The notes below the pieces were generated by a model that saw only the letters and a list, made by a program, of their open reading frames with translations, was not told the origin of the DNA and made no database searches. From Candidatus Eiseniibacteriota bacterium (GTDB lineage Bacteria > Eisenbacteria > RBG-16-71-46 > CAVPCR01), in NCBI GenBank assembly GCA_963823555.1, contig CAWGMA010000001.1:2208001-2272000 (forward strand): a DNA stretch of 64,000 nucleotides, written 5' to 3'. Position numbers and translations under genes: made by a program. Positions 29,064 through 39,062 of this stretch are shown piece by piece (position 1 is the stretch's first letter; every line of letters starts with the position of its first letter).

Positions 29064-31813
29064 CACCATGCGAGGTTCACTCCCAGCCGCACCTGGCGGG
29101 ACGGGGTCAAGTACGAAGGATTGGAGAGCAGGGCCGCGCGGTACTCGGCGGCGCTCTCCGAGGATGGCGGGGTCGTGTACTCCCCCTGCCCGTCCTCCGG
29201 CTTCTCGCCGGTCTGCGGATCGATGCGCCGCGGGGCCCGGTTGTTGAAGAGATTGCGGATGTCGAGCTGGACCGCGAGCCGGCTGCCCCACACCTCGAAG
29301 CCCTTCTCGAGCTTGGTATCGACGACGTGCTCGATCGCGGCGTTCTTCGAGTATCGCTTGTCGGTGCGGTTGCCGCGCGAATCCTCGGGAGTGTAGGCCC
29401 GTCCCGAGCGCATCCCGTAGTAGAGGCTGGCGGTGAAATCGTCGGGGACCGCGAGCCCGTAGATCTCAGGTCGCTGGTCCCCGCGGCGGACCTGGTAATC
29501 GACCGAGAGATTGAGCTGGTGCGGCCGGTTCCAGTAAGTGAATCCCTCCTCGAGTCCGATCTGACCGGCCGCCCCGAGGATCTCCTGCAGCTCCACCGCC
29601 TCGTTCGGATCCGAGCTGCGCCCGGTCGACACCGAGTAGCTGTACGAGATCGAACCGCCGAGATACGGCGCCGGACGGCGCTCGAGCTCGATCTCGATGC
29701 CCCGCGTCCGCGCGTAGTCGGAGTTCCGGTAGATGAAGAAGTCGCCGTGCCCCAGGCGGCTGAAGCGGGTGGCGGTCGGATAGTCGTACTGGTCCTTGAA
29801 GAAGAAGGTGAGGTTGCCCGCCAGGCGGTCGGAGAACGTATGGGCGCCGCCGAACTCCCACTGGCTCGACACCTCGGGGTCGAGGTTGATGTTCCCGATC
29901 AGCGGAAAGTCCTCGCTCGAGACCGACCCGATCTTCGAGTAGATGTAGAAGTAGGTCGGCCACTGCGAGAAGCGCCCGTAGTTGAAGAAGAGCTTGTCGC
30001 GATCCGTGACCGGATGGGAGACCGAGAGCCGTGGGCTCCACCTTCCCTTGAGATGCCGGCCGAAGAGGCCGAAGGTATCCTCTTCGAAGGCATTGACGAG
30101 AAGCGGGGTGATCGCCGGCCGGCTGGTGTCGGCGATCGCCTCCTCCACCTCGGGGCCGGGATACCAGTAGTCGAAGCGGAGCCCGACGTTGCCGACGAGC
30201 CCCTCGTAGGCGAACTGGGCCTGCGCGTAGCCCGCCCCCACCTGCGGGTGGACATTGTAGAGATCGTGAATGCCGCCGAGACCGTCCGGGTCCTCGATCC
30301 AGGGATCGATGATATCGATGTACTGGATGTTCTGGAACGAGTGCACGACACCCGACTTGAAGGTGTAGCGACCGCGCTTGGCCGTCATGTCCCAGTCGAG
30401 CGCCCACTCGGTGATCGAGTGATCGTGCCAGCGATTGTCGTCCCCGGTGTCGGCGAAGTAGGGATGGTCCTCCCCCGGGGGCAGCGCCTGGTCGTCGGGC
30501 TCCTCGTAGTCGTACCAGGGCTTGCCGTTGACGTCGTAGTGGTAGGTCGTGAAGTAGCGCGAGAGCCGGAACTCGTGCAGGGTCCGCTCCGACTGCAGGT
30601 GGTTCCAGACCATCGATAGCGAGTTCTTGTCCTCGGTGTAGGTGAGAAAGTGGTCCAGACGCTGGTGCCACTCCCAGGGATAGGTGGTGTTGGCGGTGGG
30701 ATCGACGCGGGCGATGGGCTGGAAGAAGTAGCCCGAGTTGATGTTCAGCACCTTGTTGAAGGTGAGTAGGTACTTGTTCTTCTGGCTCGTCTTCCACGCG
30801 AGCTTCAAGAGCGCCTGCCAGTCGTTCTGGGAACGCGAGTCGAAGGGCGTCCCGTAGCGGAAGAGCTGCCCGAGGAAGCGATCCTCGTAGCTCGAGACCC
30901 GGGCCTTGGCGCCGGGCACCGAGGACCAGCCCGGAAGGTTGGTGTCGGAGACGCGACCGGACAGCTCCCCGAAGTAGGTGAGCTGCCCGGGGACCTTGAG
31001 CGAGCCCTTGGCCAGGAGCGGCCCCTCGAGCTGCATCGTCATGTAGTCCGAGCGGAATCCGTCCCAGCCCCCCACCACGTGATCGGTGGTCCAGCTCAGG
31101 TAGCCATGGGGCTCGTCCCCGCCCTCGCGCGTGGTGATGTTGACGATCCCCGAGAGGGCCTGGCCGTACTCCGCCGGGAACCCGCCGGTCAGGATATCCA
31201 GCTCGGCCACCGAACGAGCCGAGAGATCACCGGCCCGGGACTGCCCGGTGACATAGTCCTTGATGACGACCCCGTCGACGACATAGACGACCTCGTCCTG
31301 CCGGCCGCCGCGGATGTGGGTCTGGTTGTCGTAGAGCGTGACTCCGGCCTGCCGCCCGACGACGGCGAGCACCTCGTCCACCGGCATGCGCAGGATCTCC
31401 TCGCGCTCGACGGTGCGCACCGTCGAGGCTTCCTTGACGTCGACCATCTTCTGCTGGCCGAGCACCTCGATCTCGCTCATCAACCGCGGTTCGGCCTCGA
31501 GCACGAAGGCGAGCTTGATGCCGTTCTCGCCGAGCATCACCTGCCGCGTCTCCGAGTTGTAGCCGACGAAGCTGGCTTTGATCGAGTAGTTCCCGGCCGG
31601 AGCGGTGAAGGTGAAGCGGCCCTCCTCGTCGGTGGAGGCGCCGTAGCCGGTGCCGAGCGCGACGACGCTGGCGAAGGGCAGCGGCTCGCCGCCCTTGCTG
31701 CGAACTTCGCCGTTGATCTCGGCGGCGAGGGCACCATCAGGGAGGCTCAGGGCGAGGACCACGCAGGCGACCAGGAGCAGCGCGACCGAGGCGCAGCCCG
31801 TCTGCTTCATCAT
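29063..31813 (-). CDS. TonB-dependent receptor with an N-terminal carboxypeptidase-regulatory-like domain
   Basis: GEPLPFASV, HIRGGR..EVVYVVDG, TGGFPAEYGQALSGIVN, NLFN, RQVRLGVNLAW. Confidence 0.92.
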   Translation of the reverse strand: MMKQTGCASVALLLVACVVLALSLPDGALAAEINGEVRSKGGEPLPFASVVALGTGYGASTDEEGRFTFTAPAGNYSIKASFVGYNSETRQVMLGENGIKLAFVLEAEPRLMSEIEVLGQQKMVDVKEASTVRTVEREEILRMPVDEVLAVVGRQAGVTLYDNQTHIRGGRQDEVVYVVDGVVIKDYVTGQSRAGDLSARSVAELDILTGGFPAEYGQALSGIVNITTREGGDEPHGYLSWTTDHVVGGWDGFRSDYMTMQLEGPLLAKGSLKVPGQLTYFGELSGRVSDTNLPGWSSVPGAKARVSSYEDRFLGQLFRYGTPFDSRSQNDWQALLKLAWKTSQKNKYLLTFNKVLNINSGYFFQPIARVDPTANTTYPWEWHQRLDHFLTYTEDKNSLSMVWNHLQSERTLHEFRLSRYFTTYHYDVNGKPWYDYEEPDDQALPPGEDHPYFADTGDDNRWHDHSITEWALDWDMTAKRGRYTFKSGVVHSFQNIQYIDIIDPWIEDPDGLGGIHDLYNVHPQVGAGYAQAQFAYEGLVGNVGLRFDYWYPGPEVEEAIADTSRPAITPLLVNAFEEDTFGLFGRHLKGRWSPRLSVSHPVTDRDKLFFNYGRFSQWPTYFYIYSKIGSVSSEDFPLIGNINLDPEVSSQWEFGGAHTFSDRLAGNLTFFFKDQYDYPTATRFSRLGHGDFFIYRNSDYARTRGIEIELERRPAPYLGGSISYSYSVSTGRSSDPNEAVELQEILGAAGQIGLEEGFTYWNRPHQLNLSVDYQVRRGDQRPEIYGLAVPDDFTASLYYGMRSGRAYTPEDSRGNRTDKRYSKNAAIEHVVDTKLEKGFEVWGSRLAVQLDIRNLFNNRAPRRIDPQTGEKPEDGQGEYTTPPSSESAAEYRAALLSNPSYLTPSRQVRLGVNLAW

Positions 31814-32595
31814 CGACCCTCGCTGCGGCCGCGGTCGGCATCCCGGGCGATCCCGCCGCCGGATCCGGGCTCGGCGGCCGGCTCGCAGGCGAAGCTCGCG
31901 ATGCGCGGAGTCGTCGCCGGCAGATCGTCGTCCCCGGCGCGCAGACTCTCGATCAGGACGCCGGTGGCGTCCCTCATGGCCGCCATCAGCTCACGCAGGT
32001 GGGCGGGCTCGTTGTCGAAAACGGCCACTACCTGGCGCCGTTCTCCCACCTGCTTCGACGCGGCCGCCTTGAAGACGCGGTCGTCCATGGCGGGATCGGG
32101 CTTGAGCACGAGCTCGACCCCGAACTGCCCGACCGGAAAGCCATGGATCGCCAGGCACTCGATCGTGCCGAAGAGCATGTTGGGAACGTCCCGGCCCGAG
32201 AGGTAGATGATATGCGCTCCGGAGCCGTGGAGCTGGCGCACGTAGGCGGCGGCCCCGACCATCGGCTCATCGAAGCGGAGAAAGCGGTCGGTGAAGAAGT
32301 GTCGCTGCCAGTAGGCGGCGATGGCCTCGCGCCGGTCGCCGTTCACCTCCAGCCGGTCGAGGGTCTCACCGATCTTGTAGCGGTAGCAGGCCGCCGGCAC
32401 CGACTCGAGCCGGCTGAGGAATTCCTCGTCACCGCGCTCATGGGCGTAGGCGAGGAGAATGCGCTGGGTGCGCGGCGTGTTCTCGAAGAGCGTGCCATCG
32501 AGATCGAAAACCACGGCCGGATCGCCGCCGTCCCTGGCGATCGCGATCACCCGCTCACGAATGTCGGCGAGAATGGAATGGCGTTGGTCGCGCAT
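31810..32595 (-). CDS. HAD superfamily phosphatase
   Basis: VFDLDGTLF, YLSGR, FK, FDNEP; ATGA overlap with the TonB receptor start. Confidence 0.85.
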   Translation of the reverse strand: MRDQRHSILADIRERVIAIARDGGDPAVVFDLDGTLFENTPRTQRILLAYAHERGDEEFLSRLESVPAACYRYKIGETLDRLEVNGDRREAIAAYWQRHFFTDRFLRFDEPMVGAAAYVRQLHGSGAHIIYLSGRDVPNMLFGTIECLAIHGFPVGQFGVELVLKPDPAMDDRVFKAAASKQVGERRQVVAVFDNEPAHLRELMAAMRDATGVLIESLRAGDDDLPATTPRIASFACEPAAEPGSGGGIARDADRGRSEGR

Positions 32596-32699
32596 AGGAA
32601 TCTTCGTGCGAAGGGGGGCGGCATCCTGCCTCCCCCACACCTATTGAGCTCCTATCGATGAACCGCGGCTGGCATGACCCGACCGCCGGGCGAGGCGGC

Positions 32700-34379
32700 C
32701 TAGTTTCGCGCCTTGTTGCCGGCTGCCGACGTCCCCGCACCGACCGCCGCGTCGAGCGGCGCGATCCGGCCCTCGACTTCAGCGGCGATGGGGCTCGTAC
32801 GCGCGGCAGCCTCGCACAAGACATCGAAGATGACCCGGCCGGTGGATTGGATCCCGGCCGGCTCGAAACCCAGGTACTTGTCGGCCTGACTCACGGCGAC
32901 GAAGTCGCTGGTCGCGCCGACGTAGATCCGGCCCGCGTCGACGGGGAGACCGCCTACCTTCAGGTCGACCACCTCGCCGTCCGGACCGTAGCGATAGGAA
33001 AGCCCAGAAACCTGGACGATGGCGCGCTCGCCATCGACCGAACCCAGCGCCTTCCGTGCGTTCTTGCGAGCAAAGGCCATGAGCTGCTCGCCGCTGGCGC
33101 GGAAGGTGCACAGCGTATTCGGAAACGGCGAGATCGAGTGGATCTCGAAACGGGTGAGCGGTCCGGCCTCGACATCGGCCCGGATGCCCGTCGAGTTGGT
33201 GACGGCGAAATCGGCTCCCGATGCGCTGCGGAAGGCATCGGTGACCCAGTTGCCGATGTTCGATTCCCGCTGCGAATCACGGATGAATGGCTCGGCGAGC
33301 TCAGCCACCACGGTGCCGTACTCGGACTGGATCCTGGCATCGAGCTCCGCATAGAGATCGCGGACCGCGGCCGGAGCCTGCTCCCCCGCCGCCGCGGGTA
33401 GATCGAGAAGCTCGAAGCGGTGGTCCACGACGCGGTCCCCCGCGACCCTCAGGTCGAGACGCCCGAGCCGCTCGAGGCGGGAACCGGTCTCGATGACGAG
33501 AGTCCCCGACTCGATGATCGGCTCCTCGGTGCGACGGTGATCGTGACCGCACAGGATGACGTCGATGCCCGGAACTTCCCGCGCCATGGCCCGACTCGGA
33601 TCGAGCCCCATATGGGCGAGCACGATGATGACATCGCTCTTCGGGTCCAGCCGCGCCACCGCCGCCCGGGCCGCCTCGATCGAAGGAACGACCTCGAGCC
33701 CGCGGATCGGCTCGGCGGCCACCACCGCGGCCAGATCGTCGAGGATGAGGCCCACGAGCGCGATCTTGAGCCCGCCTCGCTCGAGGATGACCTCCTCGGC
33801 GGGCGCAAACGGTTTCCCGGTGGTCGCATCGTCGAGGTTGGCGCACAGGACCGGGAACGCGGCGAGCCCGATGAGGCCGCGGAGCGCGTCCCGCCCGAGG
33901 TCGAACTCGTGATTGCCGAGCGCCATGGCGTCATAGCCGACCGAGTTCATGAGCGCCATCGCGCCCCCGCCCGGCACTCCCCGGTATTCGATGGAGGTGA
34001 GCGGCGTGCCGGCCATCAGGTCGCCGCAATCGACGAGGATCGATGGACCTTGCTCCCGGATTCCGGTCACGGTCCCGGCCAGGGCACGGAAACCGCCGAT
34101 CATGGGCTTCTCGGGCAACCACTCGGCCGGCCGCTCGGCATAGGCCCCGTGAATGTCGTTGGTATGGAGAACGGTGATCCAGGCCCCAGGATCGGATGCG
34201 GTCTGGACGCTGGCGTTGCGGCCCGAGCAACCCAGGAGGGGCAGAAGAAGCCCGAGGGTGATGAGCAGGAAGGGGGGAGAGAGAACGCGATCGCGAGTCC
34301 GGATGCGGAACCCGGTGCGCCGTTTCGGGCAACGGCGACCGGGCGCTCTGCGAAAGTCGCCAGCAACCGGGCGGGGCAC
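32700..34379 (-). CDS. Bifunctional metallophosphatase / 5'-nucleotidase lipoprotein (UshA-like)
   Basis: LHTNDIHG, DCGD, GNHEFD, LAHMG, GHDH, ESNIGN, GIRA; lipobox LLGC. Start GTG 34379 after GGAGG. Confidence 0.92.
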   Translation of the reverse strand: MPRPVAGDFRRAPGRRCPKRRTGFRIRTRDRVLSPPFLLITLGLLLPLLGCSGRNASVQTASDPGAWITVLHTNDIHGAYAERPAEWLPEKPMIGGFRALAGTVTGIREQGPSILVDCGDLMAGTPLTSIEYRGVPGGGAMALMNSVGYDAMALGNHEFDLGRDALRGLIGLAAFPVLCANLDDATTGKPFAPAEEVILERGGLKIALVGLILDDLAAVVAAEPIRGLEVVPSIEAARAAVARLDPKSDVIIVLAHMGLDPSRAMAREVPGIDVILCGHDHRRTEEPIIESGTLVIETGSRLERLGRLDLRVAGDRVVDHRFELLDLPAAAGEQAPAAVRDLYAELDARIQSEYGTVVAELAEPFIRDSQRESNIGNWVTDAFRSASGADFAVTNSTGIRADVEAGPLTRFEIHSISPFPNTLCTFRASGEQLMAFARKNARKALGSVDGERAIVQVSGLSYRYGPDGEVVDLKVGGLPVDAGRIYVGATSDFVAVSQADKYLGFEPAGIQSTGRVIFDVLCEAAARTSPIAAEVEGRIAPLDAAVGAGTSAAGNKARN

Positions 34380-34542
34380 CTCGATCCTCCGGAGTCGTTC
34401 AGGATGTAGCCGGTGTGCGAGCGCTGGCACCGCCGAGCGCGAGCCGACCCGAGGGCCGGCTTGCGAGCTGCACACCACTAGAGGTGCGCACCTTACGCCA
34501 CCGCACCATCAAGGGCAAGTCAATTCCCCACTTGGGGATCGC

Positions 34543-36162
34543 TCAGATGAGGCGGGAATACTCGCTGACGTCGAGATCCCACACCCGGACCCCGCAAAAG
34601 CGCTTGCCCTCGGGACAGATGGGGTGAACCCCGGCCGCCTGGCGCACGGTGCACGGTGGCAGCAGGTGCCGGCCGATCCTGGGCTCGACGGCCGCGATCT
34701 GCCGCGCCTCATCGACCGATGCCTGCCAGATCTCCTCCTGGGCGTTGTAGCACAGGCGCATCTCGAGCTTGTGCCGGAGCCCCGAGAGGTCGGCCGACTC
34801 GGTGAAGCGGATCGCCACGGCATTGGGCAGGAGATAGGCCGCGGCCTCCGTGTCGGCACCCAGCGCGCGCACGGCCGCGATGCCTTCCCAGGTGGCGGCC
34901 ATGCTGTCGGCGAACCGCTGCTCGACGTCGCCCCCGGCGGCGCGGACGAGCGCCGGCACGATGACGTCGGGATCCGCCCCCAGGTAGGCAGGCAAGCACG
35001 GCCGGCTGGCCGGCGTGGCCCGATGGCGCTGGTCCTGCGAATCACCGGCATGACTCAGCTTCTTCATGAACGTATAGGCCGGATGGACGAGACAGCGCCC
35101 CAGCTTCGAGACGGTGGTCAGATTGAGCGGCTCGCCGAGATAGCGATTCGAAGCCGGATCGAGCACGAGCGCAATCGCCTGATCGTCGCCGAGTCGCGCC
35201 CGCGGCAACCCCAGGACCTCGCGCACCGAGCGGGCGAGGACGACCTCGTTGTCGGGCTTCCGCGAGATGAGCCGGGACGTGAGCCCACCGAGCTCTTGAT
35301 CGAACTCGGCGGCGAAGGCGCGGTGCTCGGCCGGAGCCGGCATCCCGTGCTGCACGTAGAAGCGGTGCTCGATCGTCTCCTCGAGCGGCAGCGGCTCCTC
35401 CAGCACGGTGGCGTAGCTGGGATCCACGCGCAGGAGCTCGTCCACCATTCTCGACACCACGGCCTGCTGCTCGAACGGAGCATCGTACTGACGACACAGC
35501 CGGTGGTAACGCAGCAAGGTAACCGCTGAGATCGTGTGATAGAGGCGGGACAGGGTGGCGATGGGCAGGACATAACGCGCGACCTCGATCGCCCGCTTCT
35601 CGATCGCCTTCTGCCACTCTGCCGGCCGGCGCGCCCGCGCGGGGAAGATGCGGTAGAACTCTTCGCTCACGAGCGGCATGAGCGCACCGGCAAGCTGACG
35701 GTAGTCTTCAACCTGCCGTCTCGCTACTTCGAGATAGCGCGCTCGCGCCCGTTCGGGCAGCGGCGGGACGTAGAAGGACTCGGGCCTCACCTCCACGTAG
35801 CGCTGGCTCACCTGCTCCGAATTGTAGAACGGATGCGAGTGCAGGAAGGACCAGATGAACTGGCGCGAGACGTGGTCGAGCGCGTACTGGAGATGCACGT
35901 GCTGAAAGGTGGTGTGATGCCCCGCCTGGTAGATGTCGCGAGCCAGCGCGTCGCGGCGGGCCAGGCGCTCGGCGCGCACCACCGGATCGGCCACCCCCTC
36001 CCCTGCCACCTCCTCCGGCGTCACGATGCCGCGGGCCGAATAGCACGTGCGGGCGGCGGCCACGGCGTTGTCGAGCGGGCGGGCAAAGGCGTTCACGAGC
36101 CTCACGTCAGGCGCGGTGAACGGCCCCCGGGCAGGGTCCGTGATCTCGGCTCCGCGCGCCAT
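34543..36162 (-). CDS. thyX: FAD-dependent thymidylate synthase with tandem Thy1 domains
   Basis: AGHHTTFQH, SEQVSQRY, ARYVLP in domain 1; DQRHR, YLLPNA, RLCYNAQEEI in domain 2. Start ATG 36162. Confidence 0.8.
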   Translation of the reverse strand: MARGAEITDPARGPFTAPDVRLVNAFARPLDNAVAAARTCYSARGIVTPEEVAGEGVADPVVRAERLARRDALARDIYQAGHHTTFQHVHLQYALDHVSRQFIWSFLHSHPFYNSEQVSQRYVEVRPESFYVPPLPERARARYLEVARRQVEDYRQLAGALMPLVSEEFYRIFPARARRPAEWQKAIEKRAIEVARYVLPIATLSRLYHTISAVTLLRYHRLCRQYDAPFEQQAVVSRMVDELLRVDPSYATVLEEPLPLEETIEHRFYVQHGMPAPAEHRAFAAEFDQELGGLTSRLISRKPDNEVVLARSVREVLGLPRARLGDDQAIALVLDPASNRYLGEPLNLTTVSKLGRCLVHPAYTFMKKLSHAGDSQDQRHRATPASRPCLPAYLGADPDVIVPALVRAAGGDVEQRFADSMAATWEGIAAVRALGADTEAAAYLLPNAVAIRFTESADLSGLRHKLEMRLCYNAQEEIWQASVDEARQIAAVEPRIGRHLLPPCTVRQAAGVHPICPEGKRFCGVRVWDLDVSEYSRLI

Positions 36163-36194
36163 CGTCGCCTGGTTCAATGCTCGTGGCCGCCGGT

Positions 36195-37463
36195 CTAGGC
36201 CGGCCTGGCGGCCGGCCGCGCGCCGGGGGCCGGGACACCGAGCGCGGCGGTGACATCCGCATCTCGATCGGGATCGACGGGAAGGCCCAGGAGGGCGAGG
36301 ACGGCCTCTACCTGCCGGCGACCGATCGGCAGCACGAAGTCCGGATGCCTGCCGTAGCTTTTGGCGCCAATGATGAAGAAATTGAGCTCGGGATGCCGAA
36401 GCAGCTCGACATCGACCTCCGGGGTGCGGAGACGGTCGCGAGCGGCGCCCAGGACTGCGGACAGCTTGCTCGGCGCCCCGCTGGCATGACACTCCTCCAC
36501 TTGCAGTTCGCGATGGATCTCGCGCTGCGGACGGAACCCGGTGGCGGCAATGATGCGCTCGACCTCGATCTCGTCGGGCGGGCCCGGCGTGCACAGGGTC
36601 ACGGCGAGGCTGCCGCTGCGCTGTCGTTCGATCGAGTCGATCTCCGCTTCATCGAAGACCGTGAGCCAGGGGGCGCCGGCGCCGAGCAGGCGGTTGGCTT
36701 CCTCCTCGAGGCGGCAGCGCGCTGGAAGCGGATCGGCGCCGAGCGCCGGGTACGGCCGCCGCGTGCGGCGGACCCAGACGACCTTCGTATGGGCCGCCTC
36801 CGCCGCCACCGCGCCCAGTTCCATGACCATCGTGGCCGCCGTATGCCCGCCGCCGACCACGAGCGTGCGCCGTCCGATGTAGTCCTCGCGCAGAGCTCCG
36901 CCGACATCGACCGGTCCGTAGGCGATCCGATCGGCTGCAGCCGACTCTCCCGGGGCCGGGATCCCGCCGCTTCCCACGGGCATGGGCTGCCCGAAGATAC
37001 CCGTGGCGTCGAGCACCACGTCCGCGTGGTGGATGGCCTCACGTCCCTCATCATCTCGCACCAGGATCCGGAAGGGATAGACTCCGCGCGACGATGTGGT
37101 TTCGAGCTTGCCGATGCCCTCGCGCCCGACCGCAAGCACTTCGTGATGAGCGCGCAAGAGGGGCTTGAGAAGCGGGGTGGCGGCCAGGGGACGCAGGTAG
37201 CGCTCGACCAGTTCCTCCCCCGTCGGGCACTCGTCCGCCGGGGGCGGCACGAAACCGGGCTCCGCGGCCAGCACCCGGAGCCCCCTCGTGGAGACATTCA
37301 TCCGCCAGGGAGTGAACATGCGCAGGTGACCCCAGGACCGCACATGGGAACCTGGGAGCCGGCGCTCGAAGAGGGTGACCTGAGCGCCCGCCTGGGCGGC
37401 GGCCAGCGCCGCCTCGAGCCCGATGGGACCGGCGCCGAGAATGGCGATGCGGGACTCCTGCAT
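36195..37463 (-). CDS. FAD/NAD(P)-dependent oxidoreductase (flavoprotein monooxygenase-like)
   Basis: GAGPIG, DATG, GGGHTA, ATGFRP, GAKSYGR. Confidence 0.88.
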   Translation of the reverse strand: MQESRIAILGAGPIGLEAALAAAQAGAQVTLFERRLPGSHVRSWGHLRMFTPWRMNVSTRGLRVLAAEPGFVPPPADECPTGEELVERYLRPLAATPLLKPLLRAHHEVLAVGREGIGKLETTSSRGVYPFRILVRDDEGREAIHHADVVLDATGIFGQPMPVGSGGIPAPGESAAADRIAYGPVDVGGALREDYIGRRTLVVGGGHTAATMVMELGAVAAEAAHTKVVWVRRTRRPYPALGADPLPARCRLEEEANRLLGAGAPWLTVFDEAEIDSIERQRSGSLAVTLCTPGPPDEIEVERIIAATGFRPQREIHRELQVEECHASGAPSKLSAVLGAARDRLRTPEVDVELLRHPELNFFIIGAKSYGRHPDFVLPIGRRQVEAVLALLGLPVDPDRDADVTAALGVPAPGARPAARPA

Positions 37464-37719
37464 GGCGTCCTCCAGCGAGAGCGGTGTCGCGAGACGAACC
37501 GTCGGATCTCGGGATCGGAACCTCGCCCCGGCTCAACCGATCGGGGCAAGGTCGGACGATTTTCCGGAACCGGCACCGGAACCAGGGCCAGGAGCACAGG
37601 ACCCATCCGGGAGGCACGCCGCGCATGGGCGCCGCGCGCCTGCATTCTGCCTCAAGGCCGGAGGATTGTCGAGAGCGGAGGCCGCCGGCCATCGAGGCCG
37701 GAAGGCAGGCCCCCCGGGA

Positions 37720-38166
37720 TCACACCTGCCGATCGGGAGGAACGTCACGGATGTAGGCGTTCATCCAGCGGATCTCCTCTTCCTTCTCATGGATCTCGAC
37801 CCGCATGAGATCGCGCAAGGAGAGCATCCCCAGCACCTGCCCGTCCTGGATGATGGGCAAGTGCCGGCACCCCCGCTCCTGCATCTTCTTCAGACACTCG
37901 ACGCTCGATTCATCGGGTCCGGCGCTCAGGACATCCCGGGTCATCACCTCCCGCACCGAGATCCGATCCGGATCGCTGCCGCGGATCACGACGCGCTCCA
38001 TGAGATCCCGCTCCGAGAAGATGCCGAGCAACCCACGGTCGGCACCGAGGACCATGACCGCGCCCACCCGCTTCTCGCTCATGTAGCGCGCCACGTCGAG
38101 CACGCTCATCTCAGGCGTCACGTTGAACAAGGGGCCAGCTGACAGCAGTTCCCGGACTCTGTTCAT
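37720..38166 (+). other. Placeholder removed: see the minus-strand CBS entry
   Basis: The plus-strand reading here is only the antisense shadow of the CBS gene. Confidence 0.05.
37720..38166 (-). CDS. CBS domain pair protein
   Basis: LGIFSERDLM, VREVMT, RHLPI, GMLSLRDL; GGAGGG RBS. Confidence 0.92.
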   Translation of the reverse strand: MNRVRELLSAGPLFNVTPEMSVLDVARYMSEKRVGAVMVLGADRGLLGIFSERDLMERVVIRGSDPDRISVREVMTRDVLSAGPDESSVECLKKMQERGCRHLPIIQDGQVLGMLSLRDLMRVEIHEKEEEIRWMNAYIRDVPPDRQV

Positions 38167-38196
38167 GACCGCCCTCCCTCGCCGCGAGGCAGCCGC

Positions 38197-39030
38197 TCAG
38201 CGTGAGCGCCGGCTTCGCAGCCTGATGGCCAGCAAACGCACCTTCGCCGCATCCGGAGCCTCGGGTGCGAGCGCGAGGTAGTGCTCGAGGTCGGGAAGCG
38301 CCGCAGCGTACTGGCTGAGGTGGGCGTGAAGGACGCCGCGGTCACGGTATTCCTCTGGAGCGTTGGGATTCACCAGGATCAGGCGCTCGCTCACGGCGAG
38401 CGCTCGCTTGTAATCGTTCCGTTTCCAGTAGATCGCCTTCAGATTGGAGAGCAGGCGAGCCACCACTCCACGAGGCGGGCAGGCATCGAGGAACTCGGGG
38501 CGGAACCTGAGCTCGCCGCCGAACATCTCGTCCAGCCGGGCCTGGAACTTGCCCGGCAGCACGATCTCGCCGCCGCGGAAGCAGTCAATGAAGAGCCGCT
38601 CGTCCGCTGCCTGGTAGGAGACGAGGAAGTGCCCGGGGAAGTTCACGCCGACCACCGGGAGGCCGAGCCGCCGCGCCACCTCCATGTAGACGATGGAGAG
38701 CGTGATCGGAATCCCGACGCGGCGCTCGATGACCTGGTCGAGAAAGCTGTTGGCGGGATCGTAGTACTCGTCGAGGTTGCCGCTGAATCCGAGCCGCTTG
38801 AACAGGACCCGATTCAGGATGCCGACGATGAGATAGGGATCGATCTCGTCGCGGAGCTCCTGGCGCACCTCGGCGGCGAACCCATCGAGGCAGTGCAGGT
38901 AGTGGGCGACATCGAGCTCCGGGCGCTCTTCGGCAGCAATGATCAGCGCGGCCTGATCGAGCGTCATGCCGCGGCGTCCTACATGGACGATGCGCGCGAA
39001 CGCGCGCCTCCAGTCAGCCGATGTCGCCAT
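38197..39030 (-). CDS. SirB1 family protein (transglutaminase-like + TPR)
   Basis: YYDPANSFLDQVIERRVGIPITL, GVNFPGHFL, RLLSNLK, EYRDRG. Confidence 0.9.
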   Translation of the reverse strand: MATSADWRRAFARIVHVGRRGMTLDQAALIIAAEERPELDVAHYLHCLDGFAAEVRQELRDEIDPYLIVGILNRVLFKRLGFSGNLDEYYDPANSFLDQVIERRVGIPITLSIVYMEVARRLGLPVVGVNFPGHFLVSYQAADERLFIDCFRGGEIVLPGKFQARLDEMFGGELRFRPEFLDACPPRGVVARLLSNLKAIYWKRNDYKRALAVSERLILVNPNAPEEYRDRGVLHAHLSQYAAALPDLEHYLALAPEAPDAAKVRLLAIRLRSRRSR

Positions 39031-39062
39031 GGCATGAGCTTGGCAGATCGGTGCCAGGGGGG

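Noticed and set aside
33255..33272. GTTCGATTCCC resembling a tRNA T-loop
   Set aside because: Lies inside the 5'-nucleotidase gene and has no cloverleaf context.
37464..37719. Intergenic GGAACC/GGCACC hexamer run and small ORFs
   Set aside because: Low-complexity GC sequence with no recognisable RNA structure or coding signal.
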